From: Octopus sinensis
Taxonomy: Eukaryota
Reading direction: 5' to 3'
DNA length: 64,000 nucleotides
Assembly (NCBI RefSeq): GCF_006345805.1
Contig: NC_043015.1
Location: forward strand, 38,006,001 to 38,070,000
In this document: positions 51,000 to 64,000 of the stretch, piece after piece
How positions within the stretch are numbered: position 1 is the first letter of the stretch
Layout of the letters: every line of letters starts with the position of its first letter
Notes under the pieces: generated by a model
What the model saw: only the letters and a program-made list of their open reading frames with translations
Databases searched by the model: none
What the model was told of the DNA's origin: nothing
Made by a program: the position numbers and the translations under genes

Positions 51000-53800
51000 C
51001 CCCCTCACTCCATCCTGTAAGGAATTCCAGACGCGTGCTGATGTCCACAGCGTTGTGCGCCGCGTCCGGTTGGGTGCGTTTTTCCGCGACATACCACCCA
51101 CATCCAACGATGAGGACTGCTTCACTGACCTGGGCCGCCGACCATCCCTGTGGACGCCTGCCTCCGGCCAGTTCCTAGCAGTGGATCTTTTCGCGGGTGC
51201 CTGTCAGCGTGCGTTGGAGCGGTTCAACTTCTCCAGGCGTCACCGCCGCCTCAACATCTCCCCGGCTGAACTCTCGGCTCTTCGTTCCCTCCAAACCGGC
51301 TGACAAGGGTGGAGCTGTGGTGGTGTGGCGCGCGGACCTCTACAGGGCCGAGGCGCTCCGCCAACTCAATGACACCTCCTTCTACTCCCCTCTGTCCTCT
51401 GACCCCACGCTTAGCTACCAACAGACGGTATCCTCTACTGTTCACGACCTCATCTCGTCCTCCCGTCTCCCCCACACCGCATCCAGCCTCATTGTCCGAA
51501 CCCCACGCACCCCTACCATTTACTTCCTCCCAAAATCCACAAACCCAACAACCTTGGCCGCCCCATCGTCTCCGCCTGTAACTGCCCCACGGAGCTCATC
51601 TCTAAATACCTCGACTGTGTCCTTGCCCCCCTAGTGGCGTCTCTTCCCTCCCACATCCACGATACCAACCATGCTCACCGGCTTTTCAACACTTTCTTCT
51701 TTCCTCCCGGCTCCTCCAAAATCCTTTTTACTATGGACATCCAAAGCTTCTATACCGTCATCCCTCACCACGAAGGAGTGCGGGCACTTCAACACTTTCT
51801 CGACCTCCGCCCCAACCCTGAACCCGACACCTCCACACTCATTCGTCTGACCGAACTTGTCATTTCTCTTAACTGCTTCTCGTTCGCGGGTGAGTTCTAC
51901 CAATAGTTCTCGGGAGTGGCCATGGGAACGTGAATGGGCCCCAACTATGCGAACCTGTTCGTTGGCTATGTTGAGGCCCAAATATTCTCTAATTTCACTG
52001 GTCCCACTCCCGAACTATAAGGTCGTTACATTGACGACATTATCGGTGCCACCTCACTCTCCCGTGAACATCAAGATTCCTTCCTCTCTTTCGTTCAATC
52101 CTTCCATCCTGCCCTCCACTTCACCTCCACTATCTCCTACACCTCTGTCTCTTTCCTCGACATTTCGGTCAGCATTCATCACTCCACTCTTACCACCTCC
52201 ATTCACTACAAACACACAGACTCACACTCATACCTAAACTTCTCTTCCTCCCACCTCAAACACACTAAGCTTTCCATCCCCTATTCCCAATTCCTCCGTC
52301 TACGTAGGCTCTGTAGTGACGACCATGACTTTGAGTCTCAACTCATGGCTCGCCACTTCATTCTACGTGGATATCCCCTCACCACTATCCACACCGCCCT
52401 TGCCAGAGCACGTTCCGTAGACCGTGCTTCTGCTCTCTCCCCCCGAACCCGCCCTGCAGTTTCCCGCCTCCCTTTTCCCCTCACTTACCACCCCACCACC
52501 CTACCTCTCCAACGCACCATTCTTCGAGCTTTCAGGCATCTCCAGTCTGACCCGTCCACTTCACACCTCTTCCCTAACCAACCCCTCCCCTCTTTCAAAC
52601 GAGCCCATAACCTACGAGAGCTCTTGGTCCACAGCTTCTTCCTTGACCCTACCTCCCAACCTGGCTCGTTCCCCTGCTCCCGCCCACGTTGCCGCACTTG
52701 CCCTTAATTCTCCAACACCACCCTCCTCACTGGCACCCATCATCGACCCTATCGCATCATCGACTCCTTCACCTGCACCTCCAGCAATATCATCTATTGC
52801 ATCTCCTGCTCTCTCTGCCATTCCCTGTACATCAGACAAACGGGACGCCGCTTGGCTGACCGGTTCGCGAAACACCTCCGAGACATCCGCCTGGCCAATG
52901 ACACACCGGTCTCACGCCATTTCCGCTCCACCGGTCACTCCTTGGAACACCTGTCTGTGTTCGGATTGTCCTTGCACAGAGGCCATCTGGATTCCCGTTT
53001 GTGCCGTGAACAGGGATTAATCTTCTCTCTTCGCTCTTTTACGCCATTTGGTCTCAACTCCCCCCTTTTCATCTACCTCCCCCCGACTCCTACTTCTCTT
53101 CAGTCCTTCATCTTTTCACCCCTACTCTCTTTCCCTCCTCTTCCCTTCTTCCCTCTTCTTCTTCTTTCTTCTTTCCTCTTCCCCCTCTCTCTTTCTCTCT
53201 GCTCCCTCACTCCCCTTCTCTTCCCCTCATCCTCCTCTCCCTCTCCCCTCATTTCCCCTCCTCTTCCTCTCCCTCTCCCCTCCCTCTCCCCTTCTCCTCC
53301 CCTTCCCCTTCCTTCTCCCCCTCCTCTCCTCTCTCCCCCACACCACACCACACTACACCATACGACATTACACATCACATCATACATACACACGTCTAGA
53401 CCACCAGCCCTCTTCCACATGCACATACATACTCTCTTATGCACACACGCACCTTCAGGTTGGAGCGAGGTCACTTGACCCTGTTATCTCCCCTATTATC
53501 CCTCTAGCGTCTAACGTCTGACCTCTAACATTTGACCTCCGATCTCTGACTTCTCCTGAAATCAGAACGCCATGTTGGATCGTTAGCCCCTACACGCAAA
53601 TTTTTTCTCTCCTTGTTTCTTTTCTGTGTATCTTTCTGTCGAAGAGCGTAGGCTCGAAACGTAAAAGACTTGTTTTATTTCCATTCCTGAGCGCCATACT
53701 AATACATTGTTTGTTTGTACTACACTTGCCTTCATCTTTTGTTCATTTTCGTTAACCTGCCTTCGTCTTTTGTTTATTTTCGTAAACCTTCCCGTTATAT
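51000..53800 (+). mobile_element. Near-full-length defective Penelope-like element (Neptune-type) with 3' terminal repeat
   Basis: KPADKGGAVVVWR; PKIHKP...GRPIVS; GVAMG; RYIDDI; SIPYSQFLRLRRLCS; RGYP; CSRPRCRTC linker; IIYCISCSLC..YIRQTGRRLADRF..H GIY-YIG; several stops; C/T-rich 3' UTR. Confidence 0.95.
53631..53668 (+). ncRNA. Minimal hammerhead variant (core CTGTCGA-A) in the 3' terminal repeat of a Neptune-type PLE
   Basis: tcttt-CTGTCGAA-GAGC-GTAG-GCTC-GAAAC-GTA-aaaga; perfect stems I and II; palindromic ACGT stem III. Confidence 0.7.
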
Positions 53801-53860
53801 ATATATATATATATTATATATATATATCTATATATATATATATATATATATTTATATGTA

Positions 53861-54056
53861 CAAGGGTTAGACAAAATAATGGAAAGCCTTAAAATTTCAA
53901 ACAAATTTATTTCAATATGGGATAGGAGCGCCATTGGCAGTATTTACAGCTTGAATTATAACGAGGTATAGACTCGTACAAAGTTTGAATTGTTTCCAAA
54001 GGAATGTTTGTCGATTCTTCAGCTAAAGTAGTCTCCAGCTCTTGTAGTGATGACTT
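53861..54056 (-). mobile_element. Tc1-like 3' fragment, same family as 20800-21259
   Basis: TA + caagggttagacaaaataatgg TIR; reverse-complement similarity to 21070-21259. Confidence 0.85.
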
Positions 54057-54112
54057 CTTTTTCTAAAATGCATAAATCAGATCTTTATCATTGAATCTTT
54101 AAAATTTATACT

Positions 54113-55072
54113 TCAGAACAATTATTTCCTATTTGATGACACATACTATTGCCAAAAATGTGGAATTGCGATGGGAACGAAAGAAGTCCCTGTTCTTGCG
54201 AACCTGACAATGGGTTATTTTCAATTAACCATATATGAAGTCTCACTTCAAAACTGTGTTTATCTATTTCACCATTACATAAGAGAAAGCTGGAAAAGAT
54301 ACCTGGATAACTGTTTTATCATTTCGGAGAAGACTATTGACAAACTTTTAGACTTCAAATCAACATTAAATGATATAAATAGTAACATTCAATTCACAAT
54401 GGAATATAGCAAAGAACAGCTCCCATTTTTGGATATTATGATAAAAAAGTAAACAACCAAATTATAGCTGACATCTATCATAAACCAATGGACTTGAAGC
54501 ACTATCTCCTTTTTAGCTCATGCCACCCGAAACACATCAAAATATAGCAAAAAGGATTTACACAATAGTGTTTGATGGAACTACACGGAACATTCGTCTT
54601 CAAGACCTCAGCAGAACACTAACTGAAGACGATCTCCACCCTCACTTATGGACGATAGAATCAAGCGTGCCAAAAATTAGATATAAAAACATACAAAGGA
54701 CAACAAAGCATAACACCACACCTCATCTCAAAACACTAACGTATATAACAACCCACAACCCTAGAAACAATGAGGCATACAACACTATAGTGCAAAATCT
54801 CCTTTTACTAACTAGAGACCAAAAAATAAACAACACAGAGACTTCTAACAAATGCGAAGCTTTACACAAAAACCACGAAACCAACGGTTCAAAAATATGG
54901 AAGCCCAAACTGTGGAACATGCCCCAACCTACTTGAGGGCTTGGATTTCCTTTTCAAACAAGGAGAGAGGTTCACAATTACAACCAACTTCACTTGTGCC
55001 TCTGACAATCTAGTTTATGTAATAACCTGCTCGAGTTGTGGATATCACTATATAGAACAGACAAGATTGACA
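54113..55072 (+). mobile_element. Second Penelope-like remnant (AT-rich, different family)
   Basis: GIAMGTK, WKRYLDNCFI, FTMEYSKEQLPFLDI, SCHPK, FTCASDNLVYVITCSSCGYHYIEQT. Confidence 0.88.
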
Positions 55073-55399
55073 GTGATATTCGAGAGTAGGAGACGGTTTC
55101 GATTCCTGGTGTTCCCTTCGTAATTTAAAGCCTCGAAAAACAGAAATCTTTCTGTAGATTCTATTTCTCACTCAAATAATACTTTAACATAATTTTTATG
55201 CGTTGTGCGCGCGCGCATGTTCTTATGTGTGTGTGTATGAGTGTATATGTGTGTCTTGGTGTCTGTCAGTGTATCGATATGTTTGGATATGTCTGCGATT
55301 GAATATCTAGACGTGTGTATGTATATCTAGTTGCATCTATGTGACTATGTTTATATATATATGTTTAAGCGTTTGTTCTGTTCTGTTGTGTATGTGTGT

Positions 55400-55787
55400 G
55401 GAGGCGCAATGGCCCAGTGGTTAGGGCAGCGGACTCGCGGTCATAGGATCGCGGTTTCGATTCCCAGACCGGGCGTTGTAAGTGTTTATTGAGCGAAAAC
55501 ACCTAAAAGCTCCACGAGGCTCCGGCAGGGGATGGTGGTGATCCCTGCTGTACTCTTTCACCACAACTTTATCTCACTCTTACTTCCTGTTTCTGTTGTA
55601 CCTGTATTTCAAAGGGCCGGCCTTGTCACACTCTGTGTCACGCTGAATATCCCCGAGAACTGCGTTAAGGGTACACGTGTCTGTGGAGTGCTCAGCCACT
55701 TACACCTTAATTTCAAGAGCAGGCTGTTCCGTTGATTCGGATCAACCGGAACCCTCATCGTCGTAACCGACGGAGTGCTTCCATCCA
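55400..55787 (+). mobile_element. Young tRNA(Arg)-like-derived SINE
   Basis: A box TGGCCCAGTGG and B box GGTTTCGATTCC, followed by ~310 bp of non-tRNA body; CpGs intact. A related head lies on the - strand at ~57990-58108. Confidence 0.85.
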
Positions 55788-57132
55788 TTATCCATGTGTA
55801 TGTGTGCGTGTGTATGTCTACATGTTTATCTTGGTGTGTGTTAATGTGGGTGAATATGAATGCGTCTGCACTTGTGACTATTTAGGCGTATGTATGTATG
55901 TCTAATTTCGTTTGTGTAAATATGATTACGTATATATACCTTAGAACATGTTTCATTGGTTTTCCTTTTAAACTTTTGCAAAGGCCGCATTCTATCGTGT
56001 ATTAGTTGCTTACTGTGTAACATTGCACATTGTAATACGTTACATGTTGCTGTATGAGATTTTCAGATAAAATTCATTGTATAACACACTGTACATTGCA
56101 GAATATTGTAGACTGTTGTGCAACATTATACACACATACAAATGGTAGTAATGATGATGATGGTGGTGGTGGTGATGGTAATCTTTCGTAGTCCGAGAGA
56201 GAAAGACAGTGCTGCAATTTCTTGATGAATGACCTGTTCAAATACTTTGTTTATGGCGATCAAACGTTTGTGTTCTACATACATGCACATGCCTATATAT
56301 TCCTAGACATCCACATACATGAAAGTAGACATATTTAGACTCACATTCTCCCAGAACATTAATATGCTTCTGGAGACAAACACACAACACGTCGACAAGC
56401 TTCCCCTCCCACCATTCACCTAAATGTATTCACACAAACACTAACATACACTCGCACACACACGCACGCACCAACGCATGCGCCCTCGCACATGCACACG
56501 CACACTTTATACAAGACTTGGCCAAGTTCCCTCTACTCTGTCTCTCGCCATTATTATCGTACATGTATTAGATTAAGAAGTTAAAACTGTTAAATAAACA
56601 AAGCATATTTTTATTTGCAAAATTCATTTATGTTCCGTTTCGTTATTTCCCCCTCGTCTAAGTTTTTGTTATAAGTCTATTTAGTTTTCGTTTCGGCGAC
56701 GAAGGGAATTAAAATAATTCTTGAAGTTGTGTCATTATAAATTATTATTAGCAAACTTTTTCTGACTTGGCTAATTCGATAGCAAGTATTAAAAAAACAG
56801 AAAACATTTTTAAAGTCTCTCTGTATCATTTTACAGAATGAGTTCAATTTCTGTCAGTTGGTATCAATGTTAACTTAATTCTTTCGAGGCTCTCCTAAAC
56901 GTTTGCTAACGAATTGTACCCTCTCCCATATAATATTTAGCATTGACCTTTGTTATGAAGGTTTTGCGCTTAAAAAGTTCGCTTTGTAACCACGTACTTT
57001 CGAGTTTATTCTCATAGCGCGGCACCTTGGGCATTTGTCACCTACTATAGCTCCAAGCCGACCAGTGTGCAGTGTGAGTGAATTTGGTAGACAAAATCTG
57101 CGTAAAAGGCGTGTGTGCGTGTGTGTGTGTGT

Positions 57133-57170
<38 letters not shown>

Positions 57171-57274
57171 TGTGTGTGTGTTTGCTCCTATTCTTTTTTT
57201 GCCCTTTCCAATAATGGCAAATACACTGTGCCTATTGTTAACTGTTTGTTATATGTATTAGCCCTCCCAACCAC

Positions 57275-57408
57275 TTAGACCCTCTGAAGAAGCCTAGAGG
57301 CATACTCATCATCCAAACTTTATCTGCCCATCCCTACAGAACACTGAAGGATAGAGATGGCATGGAGAATTTCGTTGCCTCTTGGCAGAAACGGCCGTAA
57401 GCAACTGA
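57275..57408 (+). ncRNA. Candidate type I hammerhead with long stem II
   Basis: CTGAAGA at 57284-57290; stem II GCCTAGAGGCA / TGCCTCTTGGC (10 of 11 pairs); GAAAC-GGCC-GTA; stem I ct/ag plus ttag/ctga around an internal loop. Confidence 0.45.
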
Positions 57409-58110
57409 CTTTTTGCTCTTTTCTGTAATATTAATACATGTGTGTGTAACACATAGTTACTACATATGTATGTTTTCTTCTAATACTTTCTAACGCTTTG
57501 GAATAAATCGAAACACGGGAATGTCTAGCGAATGATGTTTGTCGTTTTGTATCCTCTCCATTTTCTTATATATATATTACTTGTTTCAACCATTGGACCA
57601 CGGCCATGCTGGAGTACCGCCTCGAAGGGTTTAGTCGAACAAATCGACCCCAGGGCTTATTTTATAGCTTAGTACTTATTCTATTGTTCTCTTTTGCCGA
57701 ACCGCTAAGTTACGGGTACGTAAACACACCAACACAGGTTGTCAGGCGGTGATGGAAGGACAAACACAGACACAAAGACACACACACACACACACATACA
57801 CACATGATTGAACTTCCGTCGAAGATGATGCGTGAGCGTTCAGCTTTTGCCGAACGACCTGCACAAATGCTTTGTTTGATAGCGATCAAATGTATGTGCC
57901 GCACATTAGCTCTCTCACTCCCTCCATCAAATCGACAATGTCTGAACAGGTGCACAAGTGTGCCTCGTGTCAGGTGTCAAAGTGATCACAGAGCAACGTG
58001 AGATGAAGTGTTTTGCTCAAGAACACAGTGCACCACTAGGTACAGGAATTGAAATCACGATCGCTAGATCGTGAGTGCAACACCCTAACCACTAAGCCAT
58101 GCGCCTCTCT

Positions 58111-58145
<35 letters not shown>

Positions 58146-58469
58146 TTGTGTAATGACTGATTCCTCTTTCCTTTTTTCCTTTGTTTATCTTACCTCTTCC
58201 TCCTTTTCCACCGTCCCTCCCCTTCCTCTCTTCACCATGATGTTACACTTCGATATAGTCAACAGTTAATTGTTTATTTTACTCATTTATTATTATCATT
58301 ATTGTTGTTGTTATTGCCGTTGTCCTTAAATGGGGTTTTGTTTTTATTGTATAGTTTCCTTTCATCTTGCCTGCTGCTCTTCCTTAATTTGACGAAAGAC
58401 ACCAACGTTTCTTGTAATTTCTCTTGCAATGTCCTCATTTTTATGACTGCGAGTTTATACTAAAAATTA

Positions 58470-60478
58470 GAACGTTGCATTGTCAGAACTAAGGCACAAG
58501 CACTTAGACACGCAGGGACGAAAGCTGTTCTATGAGTGCGAGTGGCAGAGACACGGCGTAGAAATACATCCACGATCTGATCCTTGTCGGATCACGACAG
58601 GCAAATGACAACTGATCCGAGACAGATGTGTGCGGCCTTTCAGCGGCACTTGGCTAAACTGTTCGGAAGCAGCGGTGAGCCGGGTCGTAGGACGGACTTC
58701 GAAGGACTGCCGCGGCTCTCGGTGACGGAGGCGGAGCGCTGCGAAAGGCTGATAACAACCTTTGAAATACAGGAAGCAATGGCTAGCTGCACGAGGGGTA
58801 AATTGCCTGATTCGGATGGTCTGACCTATGACCTTTACGCTTACATGCCAGTCTTGTTCAGCGATCTCTTAGCAAACGTTTACTACAACTGGAAACAAAA
58901 TGGGAGAATTTCCAGTTTTGTGATCCGAGGAGCGGTAAAGTTGCTGAGAAAAGGCTCGAACAAGGGGAACTGTATTCACAACTTTAGGCCCATAACACTG
59001 CTGATTGCAGATTTCAAAATTTTGGCCAAGGTGTTAGCTACGAGCTTGGCACTTATTGTCAGGTATCTTGTAGAGGAGGCACATACATGTGCCACCCAGT
59101 AAAAATCTATCCATGACAACCTCCACTTTATACGATACATTATTGAAAAAGCGGCTAAAGAACCTGGCATGGGTGGCCCCTGATCAATTTAGATCAGCCT
59201 AAATCTTTCGATATGGTCGACTATCTTTACCTGGCGGTGGTCCTCAAGGCAGCTGGCTTCGGGCCTGTATTCCGGTGCTGGGTCGCTGCAACGCCACAGT
59301 GACATCTGTTCAGTCATCAAAGTGAATGGTCAGAGCAGTTCAACATCATGCGCTCGGTCCGGCAAAATTACATCCTCTCGTCTCTCTTGTATGTACTAAC
59401 TCTTGAGTCACTATTGCACAAACTGGAGGTGTTGAGAGGCATCCCGCATGACCTAGGATGTGAATTATGCGTGTCGACATATGCCAATGATGTCACCGTA
59501 GTGGTGTTGGATGATAAATATACAGAAATGATCAGCACCGCTTTCTACGTGGCTGTTTCTGGGGCAACGATTGACAAGGAAAAATCAGTGGGCTTTCGAC
59601 AGTGGGCGTCGTTGGGCGCTGGACGGACGGACGGGTTAAATTCCTCAGGGTCTGGTTCAGTCTGGACCTGCAGATGGACAAAAACTGGGACGAAGCAACG
59701 AGCAGGGTAAGTACCCTCACCCAGAAATGGGCCGAGAGAAAGCTATCCCTGAAATGTCGGGCAGAGATAGCTAATGAGTACATAGCGTCCGTCATCTGCT
59801 ATCGCTTGGCCGTCGTGCCTTGTCCGGGCCACCGTCTGATTACGCTTCTTGTGGAAAGAATGCGTCCCGATGATCAGGTGGTCTGTCTACTGCCAACACC
59901 TGCTGAGTGGTGGCCTAGGCATGCCGTGGTTGTTGATGCGCAGACATGTACTGAGGCTGCGACATCTCCAGTGCCTCCTTGACGGTGAACAGGTGTGGTC
60001 GCCGTTCGCCAGGCACGTATTTCCGCAGCTAGTTTCTTTAACGGAGCTGCAATCCTGAGTAAAACACAGACCGAGGGAGAGTATTTGGAAAGTGGAATAT
60101 ATTCAAGCGTCCACAGCCCTCGGCCAATCGAGCACTGCGATAGGTGGAATGTCCACTTTAGCTTTTTATAGAGGATTAGCTTTTTATATAGAGAGCGTTG
60201 AAGATCAACTAGCCGCTCTTTTCCGCAGAACTTTCGGCCCGGGACCGATGGATAATTTCCATAAATCTCTGACTTGGCAGTGCTACCGGGGAGCTTTGCT
60301 AGTTCGAGATAAACTTTACAGGCACGGAAGTGCCGTCAGACGAGCATGTCCGAGATGCTCGCAGGACGTCGAGACAGTTCTGCATGCACTCGTCCAGTAC
60401 CCGAGGATTCCTGGCCTGTGGGTTTATGTCGAACACCTGTTGTCACGTGTAGGACGGATCCGGCTGTCAACTGATGTA
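58470..60478 (+). mobile_element. Tx1/L1-clade LINE ORF2 remnant
   Basis: NFRPITLLIADFKILAKVLA, LDQPKSFD, YANDVTV, C-terminal CPRCSQDVETVLHAL zinc knuckle; many frameshifts. Confidence 0.92.
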
Positions 60479-60645
60479 GGTCCCAGGATGCTGGGACCTA
60501 CAATGCCGAGTGAGTCCACTAGCCAAAATCCACACATACATACGTACATACATAATACATGCATGCAATGATGTATGCATGCATGCATGTCCAAATACAT
60601 ATATACGTACATACATACATACACACACACACGCACGTACGCACG

Positions 60646-60749
<104 letters not shown>

Positions 60750-61270
60750 CTGCACATGTTCTTTTATTCTTTTACTAGTTTCAGATATTGGAGTGTGAAA
60801 ATTTGCGTTGGTTTCAGTAAGAACTTGGAAGAAACTATCAGCATGCCAATATAAAATGTAAAGATCAATATTAGGTATAACACATTAGAAACAAACAAAG
60901 AATTCGGCGAGAACATGAACAAATGTAAATGATACTCGTGCTGTAGTGATAAAAAAAAAAAGACGTTGGAGGGGCATCAACAAGATTACACTCAACAGAG
61001 ACAACTGTGTGGAAAAAATCATCAAAAATGGCAACAAAGTTTAACAAAGAAGACTGGAAAGAAGAAGGCGTGACGAGACATATAGGCCCTGGACAAATAT
61101 AGCGTAGAGAGGCAACAGAGTAACGTCACTCTACTATAACCGTGTTGTCTGAGATACAGCAGCACTTTATACTGGACTAATTTTAACTAACAGCATCATG
61201 TGGGAGGAAGAAAATAAAATTGGTGAGCGTATGTTGGACACCGGCTGACAAAGAAGAATATATACACACA

Positions 61271-61325
<55 letters not shown>

Positions 61326-62161
61326 ACACTTACTTGGAAGAGGATGCGTGACGTTCAATCATATAATAGTCTAAATAATATATATATATATATATGCATA
61401 TATACATACGTATATGTACATACATCTATACGCATAATATATATTTATGCATATGTGGGCACAGGACGTCATGAAACGTGTACAACAAAAAAAATAAAAT
61501 ATGACTAGATCGAATATGAACTATATTTTCGAACAACGAAAGACACAAATGGACAACAAAACAAACATAAGGCACGACCCTCCATAAGTTGTTGGCTGTT
61601 TTTCTAGTCTCGTATTTCGAGCATTTAATGATATAAGCTTTCGGTAAAACAGTTACCCTCGCAAAGCAAATTAAATAAAATTTGGGATTTTGTGGAGGGT
61701 CAAAATTAGTAACACAAACAGGACACCTCCCTTGCTCACGTAGCTCCCACGTGACCATCGGCTATCTTTCTTTCTTCTCCTAACTTGTGTTCCTTTCTTT
61801 CTCTCCGTTGTAGCTGGAACCAGGAAGACGTGTTCTTGTCTGTCTCCTTTCCAAGATTGATTTACACGTTCGCCACCACAACCTCGTTTAGGCTTAGCAG
61901 CCCTTTCTGTTTGTTTTCACTGTCCTGTTTGTGTATTTTTATATGTATATACTGATATACGAATACGTATGCATACACACACTCATACACACACATTCAC
62001 ATAAATTTATATATGTATATAAAAACTATTAAATTCAAATATATATTAAGATATATATTTATGTATATGTATACGTATACACACACACACATTCATATAT
62101 ACGTAGACATATACATGCATATATAAATGTAATCATATATATACATCTCCATACCTACAGT

Positions 62162-62223
<62 letters not shown>

Positions 62224-63347
62224 CAATGTCCTTTGATTCCAAATATTATTCATTTATTTATCGTCCACGTCAGTTACTCAATGTAGTTCCGTTAGTAAAC
62301 AGACTGAAACATTTTGATGATATTTTGAATCACTACATCGACTTCCGGTTATATTCTAATCACGCGTAAAGATAAAACGAAGGCATCGGTATCATTTACA
62401 TGCTTTAATACCGCACGATCTTTTGTGTCCTTATACAAATGATCTATCTCCCTGCCACCCACCCGAAGGGGGCTAAGAGCGTGTGTGATTGTTGTTACCA
62501 AATTGACTAAACACTCGACAGAAGAGCATAATTACCTGTTGCCACTGTTGTTGCTTCATTAATGTGCATAGTAATGGCTTATAAAGATAGCGACGAGCAG
62601 CAGATAGCAAAGAGCGTGTCTCTGATATTCTGTTTACAAGCATGATTGAATTCTCTTCTGGAATATGTGTGTGCTTTGAGGAAAATTCTTTGTAATTTTC
62701 GCCAACTAAATGGATTTACGATGCTTGTCTATTAAACGAAACATGTTTAAGATGGGTTGTTTGATAGGTTTTTATAGTCCAATCCTGTGTCGTTAATAGG
62801 TTTTTCCCGTTCGTTGCATACACATTTCATGCGGACAGCCAGATTACTGTTAAGCCAAGAGGCAAAGCTTTCAAAATGGACGCCATTTGTCATTAGAAAA
62901 CAAAGGAAGTGTAAGATATTTCATTATCGCCATATTGATTCCCTTTCACCAGGGACATGGCCAAGACCAGTTTTTGTCGGTGAGAGTTGAGTATAAACGA
63001 TTATATTATAATATAATTACTAGTACTCATTTTATCGATTAGGAAAAGGATAAAAGATAAAGCTCAGCTTTGTGGGATATTTATATTTTTAAATTCTAAA
63101 CATAAAAGGGGAGGAAAATTGAATATCGCAAGTAATGAATTTAGCTCGGTGCTGTTCTAGACTTTCTCTCAACTCATCACAACTTCGATTATCTAAACAT
63201 TTACTGGAAAATTCTTTATACTTACCAGATGAGTTATGGTCATATTAACTCTTAGAGCGTTCATTTTATCGTTGTCGTCTAGTATGCATGTGTGTTTTTT
63301 CTTAGTGAGCTCCGCATGCGTTGCGCGTATGTGTGGTAGTATATATG

Positions 63348-63378
<31 letters not shown>

Positions 63379-63901
63379 ACAGATTACAGTAGTATCAGCG
63401 CCAAGCTTTATTTAAGCGTAAGCGAACCTCAGGCTAGTTAAAATATGTTTGTGGCATATTTCAACCTTTAAAGGCAGATTCACTGCAGTTACCGAGGAGA
63501 AAAAGTCTCTCTTATGGTAAAAAGGTGTAAAAAATCCATATCTTTACAGTTTTTCTTCCTGTCGGATTCCCAGACGCATTTCTAGATCTAGAAATGCGTC
63601 TAGGAATTCTTACCTCCCCCCACCTCTATACCAAAGTAATATTTATTCTTTTTACTGACTGGTTGGTTAATTCCTATTTAACACGTCACCTGATGCTTCT
63701 CATTCATTACACTTTATTTTTCTATATCTCGGTAAAAGAGGGATTCAGTCGATGACATCGACCTTAATACACGACGGGTACTATAGTTTATAATTCCTGG
63801 AGGTTATGAAAACAAAATGGATTTCGCCAGGTTTTTAAATCAAAACGTATAGAAAGTCAAAAGACATACTGCAAAGCATTTCTTTGCGTAAAGTAGAAAG
63901 G

Positions 63902-63952
<51 letters not shown>

Positions 63953-64000
63953 ATTTAAAGCGGCAAGCTGACAGAGTCGTTAGCACGCCGGGCGAAATGC

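Noticed and set aside
55400-55476. tRNA gene
   Set aside because: A and B boxes are present, but there is no proper acceptor stem and it continues into a 310-bp SINE body.
63226-63278. 53-nt minus-strand exon candidate (DDNDKMNALRVNMTITHL, donor ctg|gtaagt)
   Set aside because: The donor is perfect, but the acceptor lacks a pyrimidine tract and no homology is recognisable. Left unannotated pending RNA-seq.

Overview
AT-rich, microsatellite-saturated animal nuclear DNA, most likely an octopus (inferred from the repeat families). There is one 100-N scaffold gap at 45349-45448. The first 34 kb hold the complete coding region of holocytochrome c synthase (HCCS, + strand): 5 coding exons, all GT-AG and in phase, giving 356 aa with an expanded Cys-Pro-motif N-terminus. 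At 48.3-48.7 kb there is a convergent terminal exon of an unidentified, probably ER-luminal thioredoxin/PDI-like protein ending in KQEL. The rest is transposon debris: RTE, CR1 and Tx1/L1 LINEs, several Penelope-like elements (PLEs), tRNA-derived SINEs, Tc1/mariner, a DD41D-like element with a full-length piggyBac nested inside, a Helitron and fold-back MITEs. Structure not shown by the ORF track: (1) eight type I hammerhead-ribozyme-like motifs, all on the + strand, mostly in PLE terminal repeats, five of them inside HCCS introns in sense orientation, including an A6U small variant present twice; (2) a ~2.9 kb higher-order tandem array grown from an RTE 3' UTR, facing an inverted copy of the same RTE family; (3) a 175-bp locally templated insertion; (4) a CpG-decay contrast between genic and intergenic copies of one SINE. 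All calls were made by eye without database searches. Nothing here is shown to be a new biological system; the ribozyme set is the best lead.
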